A DNA stretch of 64,000 bases from an uncultured Candidatus Rokubacteria bacterium. GTDB taxonomy: Bacteria; Methylomirabilota; Methylomirabilia; Rokubacteriales; DASRDR01. Of this stretch, positions 28,591-38,214 are shown piece after piece. The DNA is taken from assembly GCA_963708025.1 (NCBI GenBank), contig CAVPSB010000032.1:300105-364104 (forward strand), in the 5' to 3' direction. Made by a program: the position numbers and the translations under genes. The notes under the pieces are model-generated. The model was given only the letters and a program-made list of their open reading frames with translations, had not been told where the DNA came from and searched no databases. How positions within the stretch are numbered: position 1 is the first letter of the stretch; each line of letters starts with the position of its first letter.

Positions 28591-29526
28591 GTGACGCAGT
28601 TCGGTCTTGCCATCCGCAACTTCGTCGGACCCCGCGAGGTCCCCGACATCCAGGGGCTCTACGCTTACGCCCGGCGCGCCGAGGAGCTCGGCTTCGAGTC
28701 CCTCTGGGCGTGGGACCACATCCTGCTCGGAGTCGAGCCGTCGTTTCCGATCCTCGATTCCATCACCACGCTCGGCGCCATCGCGGCCCGCACCAGCCGG
28801 ATCAAGCTGGGCACGGGCATCCTCGTGCTGCCGCTCCGGAACCCGGTGGTGGCCGCCAAGGCGCTGGGGAGCCTGGACGTGATCTCCGGCGGGCGGCTGA
28901 TCCTGGGCGTCGCCGCGGGCTGGTACGCCCGCGAGTTCGACGCGGTCGGAGTGCCCTTCAAGGAGCGCGGCCGGCGGTTCGAGCGGAACCTCGACGTCCT
29001 GGTCCGCCTCTGGACCCAGGAGCGGGTCACGCTCCGGGTGGACGAGCTCAACCTGCGGGAGGCGGTGATGGTCCCGCGCCCGGCCCAGTCCCCGCGCCCG
29101 CCCATCCTGATCGGCGGCTACGTGGACGCCGTCCTCCGGCGCGTGGCGACCTCGAGCGACGGCTGGCTCACCTACTTCTACACGCCCGAGAGCTTCAGCC
29201 GGAACTGGGCGAAGGTGAAGGCGTTCGCCCGCGAGGCCGGCCGGGACCCGGCGACGCTCACGGCCACCAACCAGCTCGCCGTCTACGTCGGCCGGTCCCG
29301 GGCCGAGACCGCCGCCGACATGCGCCAGTGGCTCAGCACCGAGTGGGACACCGCCGCCTGGAGCGAGTCCACCGTCGAGCACGCCGTCCACGGCAGCCCC
29401 GCCGAGTGCATCGAGCAGCTTCGGGCCCACGTGGCCACCGGCGTTGACCGCCTCATCCTGATCCCCTACCGCTACCAGCCGGAACAGGTGGAGCGGATCG
29501 CCCGGGAGATCCTGCCCGGGCTATGA
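28591..29526 (+). CDS. LLM-class flavin/F420-dependent oxidoreductase
   Basis: AEELGFESLWAWDH, LPLRNPV, SGGRLILG, PPILIGG. Confidence 0.9.
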   Translation: MTQFGLAIRNFVGPREVPDIQGLYAYARRAEELGFESLWAWDHILLGVEPSFPILDSITTLGAIAARTSRIKLGTGILVLPLRNPVVAAKALGSLDVISGGRLILGVAAGWYAREFDAVGVPFKERGRRFERNLDVLVRLWTQERVTLRVDELNLREAVMVPRPAQSPRPPILIGGYVDAVLRRVATSSDGWLTYFYTPESFSRNWAKVKAFAREAGRDPATLTATNQLAVYVGRSRAETAADMRQWLSTEWDTAAWSESTVEHAVHGSPAECIEQLRAHVATGVDRLILIPYRYQPEQVERIAREILPGL

Positions 29527-29566
29527 GCCTCCCCATCCCGCGCTGATCCGGTCGCGTCGCGCCGGC

Positions 29567-30280
29567 ATGTACCCCGAGCCGAAGCTGCTCCCCGCCGGGG
29601 ACCGGGCCGTCTCGGTCGAGTTCGCCGATCGGGTCAGCCTGGACGCCAACACCCGGGTGCGGACCCTGGCGCATCTGATCGCGCAGGAGGCGCCGCTCGG
29701 GATCGTCGAGACGGTGCCGACCTTCCGGTCGCTACTCGTCTACTACGACCCGCTGGCCCTGTCGTGGGACACGCTGGTCGCCACGCTGAGAGCCCTCCTC
29801 GCGCGGGTCGGCCTCGAGGCGGCGCCGCCCGGCCGGGCCGTGGAGATCCCGTGCGCCTACGGCGGCGAGCTGGGGTTCGACCTGCCGGCGGTGGCCGCGC
29901 GGCTGGGGGTGTCGCCGGACGAGGTGGTCCGGCTCCACACCGAGGACGAGTACCTGGTGTACTTCATCGGCTTCACCCCCGGCCTGCCCTACATGGTCGG
30001 GGCGTCCGGACGCCTCACCATCCCCCGACTGGACACGCCCCGGACGAAGACCCCCGCCGGCAGCGTGGGGATCGGCGGGCAGCAGTGCTGCATCTACCCG
30101 GTGGAGAGCCCCGGCGGGTTCTGGATCCTCGGCCGCACCCCGCTCGCCCTCTACGACCCCGCTCGGTCCGAGCCCATCCTACTCCGCGCCGGCGACCGCG
30201 TGCGCTTCCGCGCCATCGACCCCGCCGAGTTCGAGCGCCGCGCGGCGGAGGCCGCCGGCGGGCTCGTCATCAGCTCCTAG
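29567..30280 (+). CDS. pxpB: 5-oxoprolinase subunit B / allophanate hydrolase subunit 1
   Basis: GDRA, VPTFRSL, FIGFTPG, IYPVESPGGF.ILGRT. Confidence 0.88.
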   Translation: MYPEPKLLPAGDRAVSVEFADRVSLDANTRVRTLAHLIAQEAPLGIVETVPTFRSLLVYYDPLALSWDTLVATLRALLARVGLEAAPPGRAVEIPCAYGGELGFDLPAVAARLGVSPDEVVRLHTEDEYLVYFIGFTPGLPYMVGASGRLTIPRLDTPRTKTPAGSVGIGGQQCCIYPVESPGGFWILGRTPLALYDPARSEPILLRAGDRVRFRAIDPAEFERRAAEAAGGLVISS

Positions 30281-30317
30281 CCCGGTTCCGACTTCCCCGC
30301 CAGTACTCTCAGGATTG

Positions 30318-30408
30318 CGGGACCTCGCGCCCACCCCCCAACCCCCCGTCCACCTTGACCCATCTGGGGGAAGGGGGGAGTCGGAGGACCCGATTCCTTC
30401 ACACGCTC
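30318..30408. repeat. Palindromic intergenic element, family C copy 2 (short form)
   Basis: Shares both ends with 16793-16958; lies between convergent genes. Confidence 0.7.
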
Positions 30409-30411
30409 TCA

Positions 30412-31932
30412 CTACGGCTCGACGATGCGCCCCTCGACCGCCGGCGAGACGGTGCCGCGCGCCGTGATGTAGTCCATGACGACGTTGGCCATGAGCGCGC
30501 CGCCGCTGGCGTCGATGATCGGCCGGCCCTTCTTGAGCGACGCGTAGCCGTCGCCACCGGCCATCATGTACTCGTTGGTGGCCAGCCGGTACGTGGCGGC
30601 CGGATCGAGCGGCTTGCCGCCGATGGTCACCTGCAGCACCCGGGCGCCCTTCGGCCGCTTCGGGTCGAAGACCAGGACCAGGCCGGACACGTGCGGGAAC
30701 CGGCCGGCCACGTCCTCGACGGCGCTGACCCCCTCCTCCAGCGCGGCGCGGAGGTCGGCGCCGCTGATCTCCATCAGCACCGCGACGTTGCCGAAGGGCA
30801 GCTCGGTGAGGATGTCCCGGCGGGTGAGCGTGGTGCCCGCCGGGTAGGTGCGATCGCCGCGGATGCCGCCGCCGTTGGTGACCGCCACGTCGGCCTTGGT
30901 GGCCTCGCGGATGGCGTCCGCGAACAGGTTCCCGATGGCGCTCTCCTTGAGGCGCACCGTCGCCCGCCGGGAGTCGAGCTCCACCCCGGTCGTGCCGACC
31001 GCGATCTTGAGGCTCTCGTCGAGCTTGTCCTCGTGGCCCTTGACGATGGCGGCGACGGTCGGATCCGGCGCGACCCCGGCCGTCGAGACTACCCGCCACC
31101 CGCGCGGCCACACCTTCACCTGGGGCCCCCGCGGGGTCTGGGTCTTCTCGATCTCGATCTGGGCGACGCCGAGGTACTCCGCGTCGTGCCCGACCTTGAA
31201 GATGAGCACGCCGCCTTCGTAGAAGGTGATGGGATCGTGCTCGTGCCCCCCCAGGATCACGTCGATCCCCTTGACCTCGCGCACCAGCTCGCGGTCGTCG
31301 GCGATGGTGAGGTGCGTCAGCGCCACCACCGCGTCGGCCCCCTGGTCCTTGAGCTGCTTGACCGCGGCGCGAGCGGTGTCCACGACGGGCGCGAAGGTCA
31401 CCTCGGGTCCGGTGTTCGAGAGGTGGCGCGTGTCGGGCGTGATAATCCCGAAGAAACCGATCGTCAGCTCGCCCACCTTGCGGGTCGCCGTGGCCACCAG
31501 GCCCGGGAAGATCTTGCCGTCCGTGCCCAGGACGTTGGTCCCCAGCCAGGGAAACTTCGAGTCCCCCACCCGCTGCTTGAGGACGTTGGAGCCGAAGTCG
31601 AACTCGTGGTTCCCGACCACGGCGATGTCGAGCCCGATGGCGTTCATCAACTCGATCATCTGCGTCCCCTTGGTGATCCCCGACATCATCGACGAGCCGA
31701 TGAGGTCGCCCCCGAGCGTGGTGATCGCCCCGGGTGCCGCCGCCCGCTCCTGCTTGAGCAGCGTCATGAGCGGGGCGAACCCGCCGCGCCCCTGCTTGGG
31801 GCTGATCTCGTAGACGTCGTTGAGGTGCAGGAAGGTGATGGTCGTCGTCTGGGCGGAGGCCGACGTGGCCAGGGCGATGACGACGACCAGCGCCACCAGC
31901 GTGGTCAGGGGGAACCTCGATCGGGTCGGCAT
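30412..31932 (-). CDS. Exported bifunctional metallophosphatase/5'-nucleotidase (UshA-like)
   Basis: LHLNDVY, GGD, GNHEFD, GGHEH, NGGGIR; signal peptide. Confidence 0.93.
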   Translation of the reverse strand: MPTRSRFPLTTLVALVVVIALATSASAQTTTITFLHLNDVYEISPKQGRGGFAPLMTLLKQERAAAPGAITTLGGDLIGSSMMSGITKGTQMIELMNAIGLDIAVVGNHEFDFGSNVLKQRVGDSKFPWLGTNVLGTDGKIFPGLVATATRKVGELTIGFFGIITPDTRHLSNTGPEVTFAPVVDTARAAVKQLKDQGADAVVALTHLTIADDRELVREVKGIDVILGGHEHDPITFYEGGVLIFKVGHDAEYLGVAQIEIEKTQTPRGPQVKVWPRGWRVVSTAGVAPDPTVAAIVKGHEDKLDESLKIAVGTTGVELDSRRATVRLKESAIGNLFADAIREATKADVAVTNGGGIRGDRTYPAGTTLTRRDILTELPFGNVAVLMEISGADLRAALEEGVSAVEDVAGRFPHVSGLVLVFDPKRPKGARVLQVTIGGKPLDPAATYRLATNEYMMAGGDGYASLKKGRPIIDASGGALMANVVMDYITARGTVSPAVEGRIVEP

Positions 31933-32166
31933 GGGACTACCCTCCCGGCAGCTGAAAGCTCGGCGGTTCACGCGGTCCGGGCACGGCACGGCGCCGCTCC
32001 TCGCTGCCCATCACCATAGCTGATCCCCGGTGCGTCGCGCCAGGGCCGCGAACGAGCCGGCCGTCCGGCAGACGATCAGGGCTCGCCGGATGGGACGTGA
32101 TGGCGGCGTCGCGGGCGTACCGTGTCTCCGGGCGGGGTCCGGCCGCCGCGAGATCTCCCGTGCGCC

Positions 32167-32225
32167 GTGGCCGTGACGCTCACTCCGGCGCACACTCGGG
32201 CTTCGGCGACCACTCGCGGTGCTGC
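32167..32225. repeat. 59-bp direct repeat, copy 1
   Basis: One mismatch to 33545-33603. Confidence 0.9.
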
Positions 32226-32387
32226 AACATCGAGCCACTACCGAAGCGCGTGACGTCGCAGGCACGGGTTGGTCCCCGACCGCCCAGCCCGTGCCGCGGA
32301 CACGTCAACGGGGGTACGGACGGATCCGCAACGGCCTTGACACGGCCCGCGCCCGCCGCGCATCATCGCGGCTGAGCGAGCCACGCG

Positions 32388-33506
32388 GTGACCTCTCCCA
32401 TCTCCAAGAGCCTGTTCATCGGCATCGAGCACGTCGCGCACCTCGCCGCGGGCGGGGAGGCGCCGGTCCTCCGCTCCCATGTCGACGCCGCCACGCGCTA
32501 CCTCCTCGACAAGGGCGACGGCATGCCGGGGCGCGAGCGCTTCTTCACCGTGGTGGGCCGCGCGCGGGAGCGGTTGGCGTCGTTGCTAGGGGGTGGGCCC
32601 CACGAGGTCAGCTTCCTCGCCCACGCCTCCGAGGGCCTCTTCGTCGCCTCCGAGGGTATCGACTGGCGTCCCGGCGACAACGTGGTCGTCGAGCGGAGCG
32701 AGTACCCCTCGGTCCTCCAGGCGTGGCAGCGACTCCGCGGGAAGGGCGTCGAGGTCCGCGCGGTTGGCGAGGAGCCGGTCGTGCCCCACGCCGAGCTGGA
32801 AGCGGCCGTCGACGGCCGGACGCGCGTCGTGGCCGCCAGCCACGTGAGCTACCTGACGGGCGCGCGGCACGATCTGGCCGCCCTCCGCCGCCTGGCCGAC
32901 CGGGTGGGGGCCCGCCTGGTGGTGGACGCGTCGCACGCCCTGGGCGTCGTGCCCGTGGACGGCACGCTCTGCGACGTCGTGGTGTCGTGCTGTTACAAGT
33001 GGCTCTTCGGGGTCCACGGCGCCGGGGTCTTCTTCGTGAACGGGCGGCGCTGGCCGGACCTCGCGCCGCCGTGGGTCGGCTGGCACTCGACCGAGCGGGA
33101 CGAGGACTGGCGCCGGCGGACGGAGTATCGTCTGCGCGCGGGCGCCGAGCGCTTCGAGGCCGGGAACCCTCCGTTCCTGCCCCTCTATCTCCTGGAGAAC
33201 GCCCGGCGGACCCTCGGCGGCGTCGACGGGCGGGCGGTCGAGGCGCACGTCCTCGCCCTGGGCGGGGAGCTGCGCCGGGGGCTGGTCAAGCTCGGGCTTC
33301 CCGTCCTGACGCCCGAGGCCCCGGAGACCCGGGCGGGGAACATCGTGTTCGCGACGGACCGCTCGCGGGAGCTGGAGCAGCGGTTGCGCGCGGCCGGCGT
33401 CCTCACGTGGTCCGGGGACGGGCGGCTCCGCCTCTCCGTCCACGGGTACAACGACGAGGGCGACGTGGCGCGCGCCCTCGACGCCCTCGCCCGCCTCCCC
33501 GCCTAG
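32388..33506 (+). CDS. Aminotransferase class V-fold PLP enzyme (cysteine desulfurase/kynureninase-like)
   Basis: EYPS, SHVSYLTG, VDASHALG, YKWL (PLP Lys), RLSVHGYN. Confidence 0.9.
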   Translation: MTSPISKSLFIGIEHVAHLAAGGEAPVLRSHVDAATRYLLDKGDGMPGRERFFTVVGRARERLASLLGGGPHEVSFLAHASEGLFVASEGIDWRPGDNVVVERSEYPSVLQAWQRLRGKGVEVRAVGEEPVVPHAELEAAVDGRTRVVAASHVSYLTGARHDLAALRRLADRVGARLVVDASHALGVVPVDGTLCDVVVSCCYKWLFGVHGAGVFFVNGRRWPDLAPPWVGWHSTERDEDWRRRTEYRLRAGAERFEAGNPPFLPLYLLENARRTLGGVDGRAVEAHVLALGGELRRGLVKLGLPVLTPEAPETRAGNIVFATDRSRELEQRLRAAGVLTWSGDGRLRLSVHGYNDEGDVARALDALARLPA

Positions 33507-33544
33507 GTCACCCCCCTCGCCGACGAGCCGGTCGCCGCGCGCCG

Positions 33545-33603
33545 GTGGCCGTGACGGTCACTCCGGCGCACACTCGGGCTTCGGCGACCACTCGCGGTGC
33601 TGC
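33545..33603. repeat. 59-bp direct repeat, copy 2
   Basis: Matches 32167-32225. Confidence 0.9.
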
Positions 33604-33827
33604 GGAAACCGGGCCAGCAGATCGCGGATCTGCTCGCACGGTGAGAGTCCAGCGCGGGCTGCCGGCGCTTGACTCCCCGCTCGGTACCGGGTCAGCAGCC
33701 AGACGTTCTGGCCCTCCGGGCGCTCCTCCCAGAAGCAGCGGCGGGCGGTCTGCACGCGGGGAAGGCGGCGCGCCGGCCCGGCCCTCGGGTGATCGAACGC
33801 GTGGTGGGCGCCGACATGACACTGCAT
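33558..33827 (-). CDS. Hypothetical small protein or gene remnant whose 3' end is the duplicated 59-bp segment
   Basis: ORF ending QHREWSPKPECAPE*; the same tail is present at 32179-32225. Confidence 0.3.
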   Translation of the reverse strand: MQCHVGAHHAFDHPRAGPARRLPRVQTARRCFWEERPEGQNVWLLTRYRAGSQAPAARAGLSPCEQIRDLLARFPQHREWSPKPECAPE

Positions 33828-33898
33828 GAGCGGTCATGGGCCGAAGGCCCACAGGGTCCCCGTCTTGCGGCGGAGCGATAACGATGCGGCCTGAAGAG

Positions 33899-34918
33899 TT
33901 ACGGCAATCTCGGCGCGCTGGCGATCTCCGGTGACACCTCGCCCGTCAGAGCGTGCAGGAAGGCAATGAGATCGGCTTGCTCGTCGGCCGTCAGATCCAG
34001 CGGCTTGATCGCTTCCGACAGCCACGGGTTCTTGTGCCCGCCCTGGTTGTAGAAGGAAACGACTTCTTCGAGCGTCTTCTGGCTGCCATCGTGCATGTAG
34101 GGCGAGCGCTTGGCAACATCGCGGAGCGTTGGCGTCTTGATGGCGCCCTTGTCCGATTCCTTCTTGGTCACGACAAATCGGCCCAGGTACGGGTTCTCCT
34201 TGTCCATGCCGACGCCGAGGTTGTGGTAACCCTCGTCAGTGAAGTTGAAACCGGCGTGGCACTTCTGGCAGGCGGCCTTGCCCTTGAAGAGCTCCAAGCC
34301 CCGCTGAGCTGCGGCGGACATCGCGTTCTGGTCGCCGGCCTGGAACCGATCATAGGGTGACTTGCCGGACAGGAGCATCCGCGTGTAGGAAGCGATTGCC
34401 TTGGCGACGCCGTCGGGGTTCAGGTCCGCTCCAAACACCTTGCGGAACTGTTCCTGATACTCCGTAATCGCGCCGAGGTTCTTCACGATCAACTCCGGTG
34501 ATTGGTCAACGGCATGAATCGCCTGATCCTCCAGCGACTTTCGCCCGCCTGAGTATGTCTGCTCCGAGCTGAAGAGCCGATTGATCACGGTCGGGGAGTG
34601 GCGCGGAGTCGGGCCACCATCGAATCTCGTCGAGAACCGGCGTGGATCCGCCCACGCATGATCGGGCAGGTGACAGGAGACACAGGCCACGGTGCCGTTC
34701 TTCGACCAGCGCTTGTCCCAGAAGAACTGCTTGCCGAGCGCAATCTTCTCGGGCGTGAGCGGATTGTCGTCCGGAATGTTGGCGGCCTGTTCCTGCAAGC
34801 CAAGTGGAAGCTCGAGCTTGAACTCTGCCGCGCCCGCGGTGTCGATGAGGAAGGAAGCACACAAGAGCACACCACCAGCCAGGCCTGCGGCTCGGTTCCG
34901 TGTTCGGTTCCGTGTCAT
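33899..34918 (-). CDS. Diheme cytochrome c peroxidase (bCcP/MauG family)
   Basis: PDDNPLT.EKIALGK, CVSCH, CQKCH, KTPTLR, PYMHDG; signal peptide. Confidence 0.92.
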   Translation of the reverse strand: MTRNRTRNRAAGLAGGVLLCASFLIDTAGAAEFKLELPLGLQEQAANIPDDNPLTPEKIALGKQFFWDKRWSKNGTVACVSCHLPDHAWADPRRFSTRFDGGPTPRHSPTVINRLFSSEQTYSGGRKSLEDQAIHAVDQSPELIVKNLGAITEYQEQFRKVFGADLNPDGVAKAIASYTRMLLSGKSPYDRFQAGDQNAMSAAAQRGLELFKGKAACQKCHAGFNFTDEGYHNLGVGMDKENPYLGRFVVTKKESDKGAIKTPTLRDVAKRSPYMHDGSQKTLEEVVSFYNQGGHKNPWLSEAIKPLDLTADEQADLIAFLHALTGEVSPEIASAPRLP

Positions 34919-35154
34919 GTCCCGTTCTCCCTGGCGAGCCCGCGCCCGCGGACCCGCATCGCCACGTTTGGGGGCCTGCCGCCAGATCAGCACGTTCCGC
35001 GCCAACCGTGACAACCCAGGGCATGACGACCCTAACTTCTCACCAAACAATAAGATCACGCTCTTCAAGTAGGCCCTCCTGAACGGGAAAATCCCAGGGC
35101 TGGCTCGGATCTGGCCAGCAGCGGACGAATGGGACCGGCCAGGTAGGCGCGATC

Positions 35155-35235
35155 CTGGCCTCGAACACCACCGTGTCGCCCGGACGGATCGTGAGCTGGG
35201 CCGGCGAGAAGATCCACGCGCGGCCGCTTTCTAGA
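35155..35235 (-). pseudogene. Cupredoxin (plastocyanin/azurin-like) gene fragment
   Basis: IFSPAQLTIRPGDTVVF resembles the cupredoxin F.P..L.I..GDTV motif; no complete ORF. Confidence 0.4.
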
Positions 35236-35272
35236 ACGCCGGCCAACCTGCCTCCTGATCCTGCACGTCCAT

Positions 35273-35965
35273 TTGTCCCGAGCCGCCAGGTCAGCTTGCG
35301 TGGCCCTCGGAGATCCAGGCGGACCGCGGCTGCTGGCCAGCCACACGCGACGACGGGCTGCCGACAGCTTCTACTTGCAGGGGAACTATGCCTACGTCGC
35401 GTGGCAGGAGGAAGGACTGAAGATTCTCGATGTGCGCGACCCGGCACGGATCCGTCTCGCCGGGAGCTTCGCGACTGGTCCGTGCAGGACTCCATACCTG
35501 TCCCGATGTACCGACGTGTACGTGACGGGGCGCCACGCCTTTCTGGCCTACGACGGGTGGCTCTCGGTCCTGGACGTCCGGCAGCCGAATCGCCCGGTCC
35601 TGGTCGGCCGGGTAAACCTCGACACGGCCGAGCCGGTGGCGATGATCGCGGGCCGCGGACGGCAGCTCTACCTGGCCACGCTGGCCAGGCGGATCTACAG
35701 GCTCGACGTCTCCTCGCCGTCCAGGCCCGTGCTCGTCTCCTGGTACGATTCCGGCTACTACTACGCCCCCAGGACGCTGAGGCTCTTCGGGGATCGTCTC
35801 TACGCGGTCGCGACGCGGGGGCTCTTCGTGCTCGATGCCTCGGATCCCTCCCGGCTCACGCTCGACGCCTGGTATCCCGGGACGGATGCCGTCGACGTCC
35901 ACGTCGCGAACGACCTCGTGTACCTGACGACCCACCACGGCGTCACCGTGCTGAGACTCCGGTAG
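35273..35965 (+). CDS. LVIVD-repeat beta-propeller protein (probably 5'-truncated)
   Basis: Repeated GNYAYVA...GLKILDVRDP, LSVLDVRQP, LFVLDASDP. Confidence 0.7.
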   Translation: MSRAARSACVALGDPGGPRLLASHTRRRAADSFYLQGNYAYVAWQEEGLKILDVRDPARIRLAGSFATGPCRTPYLSRCTDVYVTGRHAFLAYDGWLSVLDVRQPNRPVLVGRVNLDTAEPVAMIAGRGRQLYLATLARRIYRLDVSSPSRPVLVSWYDSGYYYAPRTLRLFGDRLYAVATRGLFVLDASDPSRLTLDAWYPGTDAVDVHVANDLVYLTTHHGVTVLRLR

Positions 35966-36366
35966 CGTGGCGGCCGGCGGCAAGGTGCTCCTCGACTGCA
36001 TGCAGGCGGAGCTGGACCGCGCGTACGACCAGCACGCCTGGCGCCGAACGCTGACGCGGTGGTCGCTTGGTATGCGGCGTCCAGCCGACCGCGCGAGAAC
36101 GAGCTGGCGGCCGCGCGGTGTTGTTGTTATCAGGTGTCCCGCCTCCCCACGATGCGGGCGGCCCGCCGCACCACCCGCGCCTTCGCGGCGGGCGCCGTGG
36201 AGGGTCTCTCGCCGTCAGGTGACCGGCCAGCGGCGCTCTCAACGTTCTGGCTCAGGAAGACAAGGCCGGCGTTGAGGTACGGGGCCCACCGGCTGTCCAG
36301 GGGAAGCTTTCTCCTTTCTTGCCTGCAGTAAGGAGTCCTTGTATCCTTCCATCCGGGAGACACGCA

Positions 36367-36603
36367 ATGCTGGCAAAGAAGACCACGAAGAACCAGATCA
36401 CCCTACCCAAGGCCATCGTTCGTCAGCTTCCCGACGTGGAGTACTTCGACGTCTCCTTGCGTGGTGACGAGATCGTGCTGCGCCCGGCGACGGTAACGGC
36501 GCCCGGGCGTCGACTCGATGCGGTCCGGGCGAAGATCAAGGCTCTGGGCGTGACCGAGAAGGACATCGACGCCGCGATCGTGTGGGCCCGCCGCCGGCCC
36601 TGA
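36367..36603 (+). CDS. AbrB/MazE-type antitoxin
   Basis: MLAKKTTKNQITLPK swapped-hairpin motif; directly upstream of the PIN gene. Confidence 0.85.
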   Translation: MLAKKTTKNQITLPKAIVRQLPDVEYFDVSLRGDEIVLRPATVTAPGRRLDAVRAKIKALGVTEKDIDAAIVWARRRP

Positions 36604-37011
36604 ATGCGTGCCGTCCTCGACACGAACACGATCATCTCGGCTCTCCTCTTTTCGGGCACGGCTTCGCGGCTCGTACCGATCTGGCAGTCGGGAAGGATCC
36701 AGCCGCTGCTCTCGCGAGCCATCCTCGACGAGTGTCTACGAGCGCTCGCGTACCCCAAGTTCGGGCTCGCTGCCGACGACATCAAGGAGCTTCTCGGCGA
36801 GACATTCCTGCCGTTCGCCGAGGTCGTTCGAAGCACGAAGCGCCTGGCCATCCGTGTGCGAGACCCTGACGATCGGAAGTTCCTGGAATGCGCCGTTGCC
36901 GGGCGAGCCGAGTTCCTGGTGACCGGCGATCGAGATCTCTTGGCGCTGCAGTCGTATCGAGGCATCGCAATCCTGACGGCCGGTGACCTCCTGAGGCGCT
37001 TCGAAGAGTAA
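36604..37011 (+). CDS. PIN-domain toxin (putative TA toxin component)
   Basis: VLDTN, RDPDD.KFLECA, LVTGD.DLL. Confidence 0.9.
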   Translation: MRAVLDTNTIISALLFSGTASRLVPIWQSGRIQPLLSRAILDECLRALAYPKFGLAADDIKELLGETFLPFAEVVRSTKRLAIRVRDPDDRKFLECAVAGRAEFLVTGDRDLLALQSYRGIAILTAGDLLRRFEE

Positions 37012-37161
37012 ACGCCACGGGCTTGGCCCCCCCGGGCGGTGCAGGCGGGAACTTGTCGCAGAACTGCAGGAGTTCCTCAAGCTCTTCAACACGGGAAGCG
37101 GGGGCAGTCGCCGACACGGCGGCGAGTTGATCGGCTGGATAAGGGCGAGACGGCCGTACGA

Positions 37162-37290
37162 CTACCCGCCGAAGCCGTCCTCGTTCGCGGCGTAGTCGCT
37201 CCAGCTCAGGTGGAGCACCCCGCCCGAGCCGACGACGTCCAGCAGAGGACGAGCAGGGAAATGGTCAAGGCGACCCGCCCGCGGTGCATG
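37162..37290 (-). pseudogene. Remnant of an exported fibronectin type III-like protein
   Basis: Signal-peptide-like MHRGRVALTISLLVLCW then, frameshifted, LSWSDYAANEDGF followed by a stop. Confidence 0.3.
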
Positions 37291-37397
37291 GACGGCCCCG
37301 TGTGCCTGATCGGCAGCACGACGTCCATCGCCCGCGCCTCGAGGAACGGGCGGTCGCCGCGGAGGCCGTGGAGAGACAGACGCGTCACGACGTGCCG

Positions 37398-38171
37398 CTA
37401 CGCCGTTCCGTCGTGCTCGGGAGCATCGGCTTCCAGTGCCGCGACGCTGCGCGCGTAGGCGGCCATGCCGGGGACGGCGCTCAGCCCGTGGGCAAGAATG
37501 CTCAGCAAGACGGTCGCCATGACGGCGAGGGGAATGGTGGGTCTGCCGCCTCGATCGGTCTCCTCCAGATAGACCAGTCCGAGCACGATCGACGCCAGCC
37601 CGCGTGGGCCGAACCAGCCCATGAACAGGACGGTGGCCCGACTCAGTCGGGCACCGCGGAGCGCGACTGCCACCGGCACCATGCGCACCACCGTCAGGCT
37701 CAGCACGGCATACAGCGCGACCGGCACGCTGAACTGTCGCCAATCTCGCGCAACCAGCATCCCGAAGGTAAAGAAGACGGTGAGATTCAGCGCCTGTCCC
37801 CACTCCTCCGTGAACCCCGCCTCCCACAGGGAGAGCGCGGGGAACACCAGTCGCGCGCCGAGGGCGCCCAGAAGCAGGGTCAGCAGCATCCCCGTGGTCA
37901 AGAGCCGGAGCGGCAGGTTGCGAATGCTCCTCAACACCCGGAGGTCGGTGCGGCTGGCGTCGGTGAACAGCAGCAGCACCAGGCCGACCTCGGCCAGCTG
38001 TAGGAAGACATGGATGTCACCCTGCGGGCGCCGCAGCGGGGGCAGGCAGAGCAGCACCACGATTCCTGCGCCGGTGAAGACCATCGGCGCGGTCACCACC
38101 GTTCGCTCCAGCCGCCGGGAGGCCAGGGTGTACAGGAAGAGTAGCGCGACGAAGACGGTGACGAGGCTCAT
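37398..38171 (-). pseudogene. Cation:proton antiporter (NhaP/CPA1-like) with a large in-frame internal deletion
   Basis: LLFTDAS, RLL..G..LT, then WEAG joined directly to FTEEWG..WFGPRGLAS; the central PTD/ESG.ND region is absent; only 257 aa. Confidence 0.7.
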
Positions 38172-38214
38172 GCCCGTACGCTGTACGACCGGCGGGGCAT
38201 GGTCGCGCCATGGG

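Noticed and set aside
16943-30408. ATTCCTTCAC at the ends of family C repeats (and near 2203) as further regulator boxes
   Set aside because: They match only half of the box, lack the second CTTCA and the -10 spacing, and belong to repeat ends; noted as a caveat for the regulon finding
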